DNA of 64,000 nt, from assembly GCA_900768755.1 (NCBI GenBank), contig CAAGDV010000025.1, positions 39,355-103,354 on the forward strand. Reading direction: 5' to 3'. The stretch's first letter is position 1; every line of letters begins with the position of its first letter. The DNA is from Lachnospiraceae bacterium (GTDB lineage: Bacteria; Bacillota; Clostridia; Lachnospirales; Lachnospiraceae). The translations under genes were made by a program, and so were the position numbers. The notes under the pieces were generated by a model that was not told where the DNA came from, did not search any database, and saw only the letters and a list, made by a program, of their open reading frames with translations. This document shows, piece after piece, positions 58,974 to 64,000 of the stretch.

Positions 58974-59492
58974 ATGCAGGCAAAGAATGATTTGGTGCTG
59001 TACGGGATGCTTGCAAGCATCGCGCTTGTGCTTGGCTATGTGGAGAGCCTGATTCCGATTAATCTTCTGATTCCGATTCCCGGTGTGAAGATAGGATTTG
59101 CCAATGTGGTTACAATATGGGTCCTGTACTCTATGGGAACAAAAGAAGCATATTTAATAAGTGTTGTCAGAGTTTTGCTTTCGGGATTTCTTTTTGGAAG
59201 CATGTATAGTATAATATTCAGTATGGCGGGGGCACTCGTAAGCCTCACGGTTATGTGGGCACTAAAGAAGAGCCGCGTATTCTCGACCTTCGGCGTCAGC
59301 GTGGCAGGCGGAGTGACCCATAATATCGCCCAGATTATTGTGGCTATGATTGTGCTTGAGAATGCGGGAGTATCGTTTTACCTGCCCGTTCTTTTAATAA
59401 GCGGTGTCGCAAGCGGAATTGCGGTCGGAATTCTAGGCACGCTTTTGTACACCAGAATCAAAATACAGATGCCCAAGGAAGGTAAGCAATGA
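58974..59492 (+). CDS. Gx transporter family protein (heptaprenyl diphosphate synthase component I-like)
   Basis: 5-TM small membrane protein of ECF S-component-like topology. Confidence 0.5.
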   Translation: MQAKNDLVLYGMLASIALVLGYVESLIPINLLIPIPGVKIGFANVVTIWVLYSMGTKEAYLISVVRVLLSGFLFGSMYSIIFSMAGALVSLTVMWALKKSRVFSTFGVSVAGGVTHNIAQIIVAMIVLENAGVSFYLPVLLISGVASGIAVGILGTLLYTRIKIQMPKEGKQ

Positions 59493-60082
59493 TAACATAT
59501 ATCAAGGGAGAACTTTGTGAAATTACTGACAACAGCATAGTTGTAGAGGCGTACGGAATAGGCTATGAGATAATGGTTCCTAAGTCCATTACAGGGCAGC
59601 TTCCCATGACCGGCAACGACGTCAAAATATATACATACCAGTACGTCAAAGAGGATGCGCTGGATTTGTACGGCTTTTTGACAAAAGATGATCTGATTAT
59701 ATTCAAGCTTCTGATAACGGTTAACGGAATCGGCCCAAAAGGGGCTCTCAATATTTTGTCATCGGTAACTCCGGATGAACTTAGGCTCGCCGTGATATCA
59801 GGGGATGCAAAGAAGATTCAGTCAGCGCCCGGAATCGGCTCAAAGACTGCCCAAAAGCTGATAATCGAGCTCAAGGACAAAATATCAATCAACACGGAGT
59901 ATGAGAATTTTGTCAATGCTTCCCATGATGATGTGCCGCGGGACGACGCCATTGAGGCACTTGTTTCACTGGGATATTCGCCCTCGGATGCAATCCGGGC
60001 AGTCAAGGCGGTTGCGGGTGCCGAGAACATGGACAGCGAGGCAATCCTTAAGGCTGCGCTCAAAAAACTTGCTTTTATGTAG
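59489..60082 (+). CDS. ruvA: Holliday junction branch migration protein RuvA
   Basis: MITYIKGEL…, HhH motifs GIGPKGAL/GIGSKTA. Confidence 0.95.
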   Translation: MITYIKGELCEITDNSIVVEAYGIGYEIMVPKSITGQLPMTGNDVKIYTYQYVKEDALDLYGFLTKDDLIIFKLLITVNGIGPKGALNILSSVTPDELRLAVISGDAKKIQSAPGIGSKTAQKLIIELKDKISINTEYENFVNASHDDVPRDDAIEALVSLGYSPSDAIRAVKAVAGAENMDSEAILKAALKKLAFM

Positions 60083-60094
60083 ATTGGAGCATGA

Positions 60095-61102
60095 ATGGAA
60101 AGAAGAATTATTACAACTGATTTTACATCGGAGGATGCGGGCATAGAGAATAATCTGCGTCCGGAGAGATTGGACGATTATATCGGGCAGGAAGCAATCA
60201 AGAACAATCTGCGGGTGTTTATTGAGGCGGCAAAGTCCAGGGGCGAGTCGCTTGACCATTGCCTTTTCTACGGACCTCCGGGTCTGGGCAAAACAACTCT
60301 CGCCGGAATTATCGCGGCGGAGATGGGCGTCAATATCAAAATAACCTCTGGCCCCACAATAGAAAAGCCGGGAGATATGGCGGCTATTCTCAATAATCTC
60401 AATGAAGGTGACGTTCTTTTTGTCGATGAGATTCACAGGCTTAACCGTCAGGTTGAGGAGGTTTTGTATCCTGCGATGGAGGATTTTGCCATCGACATCA
60501 TGCTCGGAAAGGGGCAGACTGCGCGCTCAATGAGGCTTGAGCTTCCGCATTTTACCCTTATCGGTGCGACAACAAGGGCGGGTCTTTTGACGGCACCATT
60601 ACGCGACAGGTTTGGAGTCGTTAACAGGCTGCAGTATTATACCGTCGATGAACTTAAGAAGATTGTCATCCGCTCCGCGGGAGTGCTTTCGGCGGGAATC
60701 GATGATGAGGGCGCGACTGAGCTTGCAAGGCGCTCCAGAGGAACTCCGAGACTTGCCAACCGGCTTTTAAAGCGCGTACGGGATTTTGCCCAGGTAAAAT
60801 TTGACGGAAAGATTACAGGCGAAGTGGCGGATTACGCCTTAAACCTTCTTGAGGTCGACAAGGAAGGTCTTGACAAAAACGACAGAAATATTTTGTTTAC
60901 CATAATGGAAAAATATTCCGGCGGCCCGGTGGGGCTTGACACACTCGCGGCGTCTTTGGGCGAGGATGCGGGAACGCTTGAAGATGTGTATGAGCCGTAC
61001 CTTTTGTTCAACGGATTTATCAACAGAACGCCGCGTGGCAGGATGGTTACCAGACACTGCTATGAGCATTTTGGCATGGAGCCTCCGAAGGACATTGTTT
61101 AA
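60095..61102 (+). CDS. ruvB: Holliday junction DNA helicase RuvB
   Basis: [20 protein letters not shown]+ fold. Confidence 0.97.
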   Translation: MERRIITTDFTSEDAGIENNLRPERLDDYIGQEAIKNNLRVFIEAAKSRGESLDHCLFYGPPGLGKTTLAGIIAAEMGVNIKITSGPTIEKPGDMAAILNNLNEGDVLFVDEIHRLNRQVEEVLYPAMEDFAIDIMLGKGQTARSMRLELPHFTLIGATTRAGLLTAPLRDRFGVVNRLQYYTVDELKKIVIRSAGVLSAGIDDEGATELARRSRGTPRLANRLLKRVRDFAQVKFDGKITGEVADYALNLLEVDKEGLDKNDRNILFTIMEKYSGGPVGLDTLAASLGEDAGTLEDVYEPYLLFNGFINRTPRGRMVTRHCYEHFGMEPPKDIV

Positions 61103-61158
61103 ACTGCTTTGACAGAACAGGGCATATATGTTAGTATTAAATATATCACATAAAGGGG

Positions 61159-61569
61159 ATGAAGATTGTGGCAGCTAAGAATGAAACAGAGGTTGTAATC
61201 GGTGGCAGGACATTTACACTGAGCGGGTTTGAGAGCGAGGAATATCTTCAAAAGGTGGCTTCTTACATCAATACCAAGATTTCGGATTTCAAGAAATCTG
61301 ACAGCTTCAGAAGACAGACACTTGATATGCAGGCCGTTATTATTGAACTTAATATTGCGGATGATTATTTTAAAGCAAAGAGGACCGCGGACGAGCTTGA
61401 AGGGGATATGGATGTCAAGGATAAAAGCATCTACGACCTTAAGCACGATTTGATATCTGCGCAGATTAAGCTGGATGCGGCGAATCAGGAGATTGAGAGG
61501 CTCAAGAACGAGATTAACGAGAATCAGAAGACCATCGTAAGGCTTGAGACTGAATTAGCGAACGCATAG
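61159..61569 (+). CDS. zapA: cell division protein ZapA-like
   Basis: VVIGGRTFTLSGFESEEYLQKVASYIN followed by a coiled-coil C-terminus. Confidence 0.65.
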   Translation: MKIVAAKNETEVVIGGRTFTLSGFESEEYLQKVASYINTKISDFKKSDSFRRQTLDMQAVIIELNIADDYFKAKRTADELEGDMDVKDKSIYDLKHDLISAQIKLDAANQEIERLKNEINENQKTIVRLETELANA

Positions 61570-61597
61570 ATTTGTCCAATATTATTTTGATTAACTA

Positions 61598-61626
61598 CGG
61601 GTACTTTTATGTACCCGTTTTTAGAT
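61598..61626 (+). terminator. rho-independent terminator after zapA
   Basis: acgggtac ttttat gtacccgt followed by ttttag. Confidence 0.75.
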
Positions 61627-61686
61627 TTTTGATTGAAGATATTCGTTTTCGGATAATAATTAATACATATTCGTTTTGGAGATTTT

Positions 61687-63792
61687 ATGGGTAATACTAT
61701 TAGTGCGGAGGTGCTTGCACCGGCGGGGGATTTTAATACGTTTAAGGCCGTTATTAATGCGGGCGCTGACGCCGTCTACTGCGGCGGCAGTATGTTCGGG
61801 GCAAGGGCGTACGCTGACAATTTCAGCACCAAGGAGCTTCTTTGCGCCATCGACTACGCGCATATGTTTGGACGTAAGGTCTATCTCACCGTCAACACAC
61901 TCCTTAAGAACGAAGAGCTGGAGAAGAAACTGTATGATTACCTTAAGCCTTTTTATGAGGCCGGGCTTGACGCGGTGATTGTGCAGGATTACGGTGTCAT
62001 GGATTTTATTTCAAGGATTTTTCCGGACATGCCGGTCCACGCAAGCACACAGATGACGATAACGCACAGATTTTACTGTGATTTTCTGGCAAAATACAAT
62101 GTCACAAGAATTGTTCCGGCGAGGGAACTCTCGCTTTCGGAGATTGCCGCAATCAGGGAATATGCCCCCGGTATGGAGCTTGAATGCTTTGTGCACGGTG
62201 CTTTGTGCTACTGTTATTCCGGAATGTGCATGATGAGCAGTTTTTATGGCGGAAGAAGCGGGAACCGCGGGCGCTGTGCGGGAACCTGCAGACTTATGTA
62301 CGATGCAGGCGGCACAAGGCGCCCGATACTTAGTCTTAAGGATCTGTGCACGCTTGAAAGCCTTCCGGATATACTGGATGCCGGCGTTATGTCCTTAAAG
62401 ATTGAAGGTCGTATGAAGAGCGCAGAATATGCTGCGGGCGTCACCTCAATATACCGCAAGTATGTGGACATGTATCTAAGTGGACGCGACAATTATTCGG
62501 TGGATCCTGCGGACATAAAACGTCTGCTGATGCTTTTTGACAGGGGCGGAATGACGGATGGATATTATTTCAGGCATAATTCCCCGGATATGATTGCCGA
62601 TGAGAATAAGAGTGCCAAATCCCTTGATGAAAAGTCGGAATACGAGAAAATGATACATGACAGATATGTTATTTCCGACATCAGACACAACATAAGCCTA
62701 ACGGGAGAGTTCTGTCTCAATTCCCCGGCAAGTCTCTCGGTTGAAGGAAAGTGGGGAAAAGTAACCGCAAAAGGCGACGCTCCCGATGAAAGCATTAACC
62801 GCCCCATGAGCGCCAAAGATATATCAAAACAGCTTGTCAAAACAGGCAACACGGTGTTTAATGTTACGGACTGTCTGATAAAGTCTGACGACGGAATTTT
62901 TATTCCGAACAAAGCGCTCAACGAACTCAGAAGACAGGCGATTGAAGAATACGGAAAGCTTTGCCCCGACAGGGTGCGGCGAAGTGCTTTAGAGTGCACA
63001 ATTCGTCCTGCAAAGGCTGATTTAACTGTTGAATCTCAAAGAGTACAAAGAACGGCAAAGGTCTCTGACACCGGGCAGGCGCTTTCGTGCATCGCATGCG
63101 GTGTGGACAGGCTTTACCTCGAATCGGAGTCCATGACGGAGGATGAGATGCTTGCAATCCTTGACAGGTGCCGCGAACAATCGATTCAATGTTTTTACAG
63201 CATGCCGCGTGTTCTAAGAGATGATATTGCGGTTTTGAAAGGCTTTGACGGCTATCTTGTACGCAATATTGCGGAAAAATACTATCTGATTAAGCAAGGG
63301 ATAACCGAACCTATAGTGTTTGATTACACGGTGTACGCATTTAACAATCAGGCCGCCGCGGTGCTTTCGGATGAGGGTTACGAGAGGATTTTTTACCCTA
63401 TAGAACTCAATTACAAAGAACTCTCCAACCTTATTCTTTCGCAGGGAGAGCTTACCGTGTACGGAAGGCTGCCGCTTATGGTGTCTGCCAACTGCATCGA
63501 CAATTCACTTCACAGATGCCATCACGGTGGCATTCACAGGGCGTCTTTTACCGACCGCAAAAATCAGCGTCTCATGTATATGGCGTGCTGCCGGTATTGC
63601 TATAATGTTATTTATAACGGAATGATATACGATATTCGTGACAAAATATCATCAATGGACAGAATTCGTGCGGCTGCCCTGAATTATTCTTTTACCTTTG
63701 AGACCGCAGATGAAGTCAGAAAAATACTGACGTCGGATGAGGTGGATTTGGTTGCAGTCACACGTGGCCATTTTAAGAACGGAGTAGAATAG
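61687..63792 (+). CDS. U32-family peptidase-like protein
   Basis: MGNTISAEVLAPAGDFNTFKAVINAGADAVYCGG, E..C..HGALC. Confidence 0.8.
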   Translation: MGNTISAEVLAPAGDFNTFKAVINAGADAVYCGGSMFGARAYADNFSTKELLCAIDYAHMFGRKVYLTVNTLLKNEELEKKLYDYLKPFYEAGLDAVIVQDYGVMDFISRIFPDMPVHASTQMTITHRFYCDFLAKYNVTRIVPARELSLSEIAAIREYAPGMELECFVHGALCYCYSGMCMMSSFYGGRSGNRGRCAGTCRLMYDAGGTRRPILSLKDLCTLESLPDILDAGVMSLKIEGRMKSAEYAAGVTSIYRKYVDMYLSGRDNYSVDPADIKRLLMLFDRGGMTDGYYFRHNSPDMIADENKSAKSLDEKSEYEKMIHDRYVISDIRHNISLTGEFCLNSPASLSVEGKWGKVTAKGDAPDESINRPMSAKDISKQLVKTGNTVFNVTDCLIKSDDGIFIPNKALNELRRQAIEEYGKLCPDRVRRSALECTIRPAKADLTVESQRVQRTAKVSDTGQALSCIACGVDRLYLESESMTEDEMLAILDRCREQSIQCFYSMPRVLRDDIAVLKGFDGYLVRNIAEKYYLIKQGITEPIVFDYTVYAFNNQAAAVLSDEGYERIFYPIELNYKELSNLILSQGELTVYGRLPLMVSANCIDNSLHRCHHGGIHRASFTDRKNQRLMYMACCRYCYNVIYNGMIYDIRDKISSMDRIRAAALNYSFTFETADEVRKILTSDEVDLVAVTRGHFKNGVE

Positions 63793-64000
63793 ATGGATTT
63801 ACTTATAAGCAGAGTGCTTAAATATGTGCTGATTTTTTTGATGCTGATATATGTGTATTTAAGCTACAGTGCGGGAGTGGGCGGTGTCGGAAGACGGCGG
63901 GCAAAACTTGTTTCTCAGAATGTCGTCATGCTCCTTGTGTTTTCAATATGTACGGCAATTGTGTTATACAACAGACCGGGCGCGGATTATGCGGTGCTGT
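63793..64000 (+). CDS. hypothetical membrane protein, N-terminal fragment (runs off the window)
   Basis: ATG directly after the U32 stop. MDLLISRVLKYVLIFLMLIYVYL…, two TM helices. Confidence 0.3.
   Translation, partial: MDLLISRVLKYVLIFLMLIYVYLSYSAGVGGVGRRRAKLVSQNVVMLLVFSICTAIVLYNRPGADYAVL

Noticed and set aside
1-64000. CRISPR arrays, rRNA operons, prophage structural or integrase clusters
   Set aside because: No spaced direct-repeat arrays, no rRNA-like stretches and no phage capsid or terminase-like ORFs were seen. The only mobile element is the IS110 copy, and xerD is the chromosomal dimer-resolution recombinase by context.

Overview
This window looks like a chromosomal segment from a low-to-moderate-GC, spore-forming Firmicute (Clostridia-like). 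The evidence is Bacillus-type syntenies (pyrH-frr-uppS-cdsA-dxr-rseP-…-polC; yloC-remA-gmk-rpoZ; nudF-spoIIM-xerD; cmk-ispH-rpsA; ruvAB) and a PolC-type replicase. Most of the window is housekeeping. Two stretches look accessory.

(1) About 2.2–6.9 kb is an AT-rich island between xpt and tex. It carries an ABC-exporter operon with an unknown membrane-anchored partner protein, and a lipoprotein gene whose promoter spacer contains a G8 homopolymer.

(2) About 9.9–21.6 kb holds several features:
- a Hanks-type Ser/Thr kinase fused to a degenerate ParA/MinD-fold domain, followed by a stand-alone paralog of that degenerate domain;
- a convergent orphan LytTR response regulator;
- an IS110-family element with a long structured 5' non-coding region (candidate bridge RNA);
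- an unusual triple-nested palindrome upstream of arsC;
- a Thr-rich repeat surface protein, a MacB-like ABC transporter, a polysaccharide deacetylase and a bactofilin.

The most novel-looking candidate is the kinase/pseudo-ParA pair. The kinase's conserved N-terminus is encoded in frame but has ATA, preceded by a well-spaced Shine-Dalgarno, exactly where the ATG is expected.

Other elements are one tRNA-Glu(CTC) with a strong promoter, several intrinsic terminators, and a GC-rich structured leader with a 24-nt direct repeat upstream of a cupin gene. No CRISPR arrays were found and no rRNA genes were seen. Gene symbols are given only where motif-level recognition was clear.
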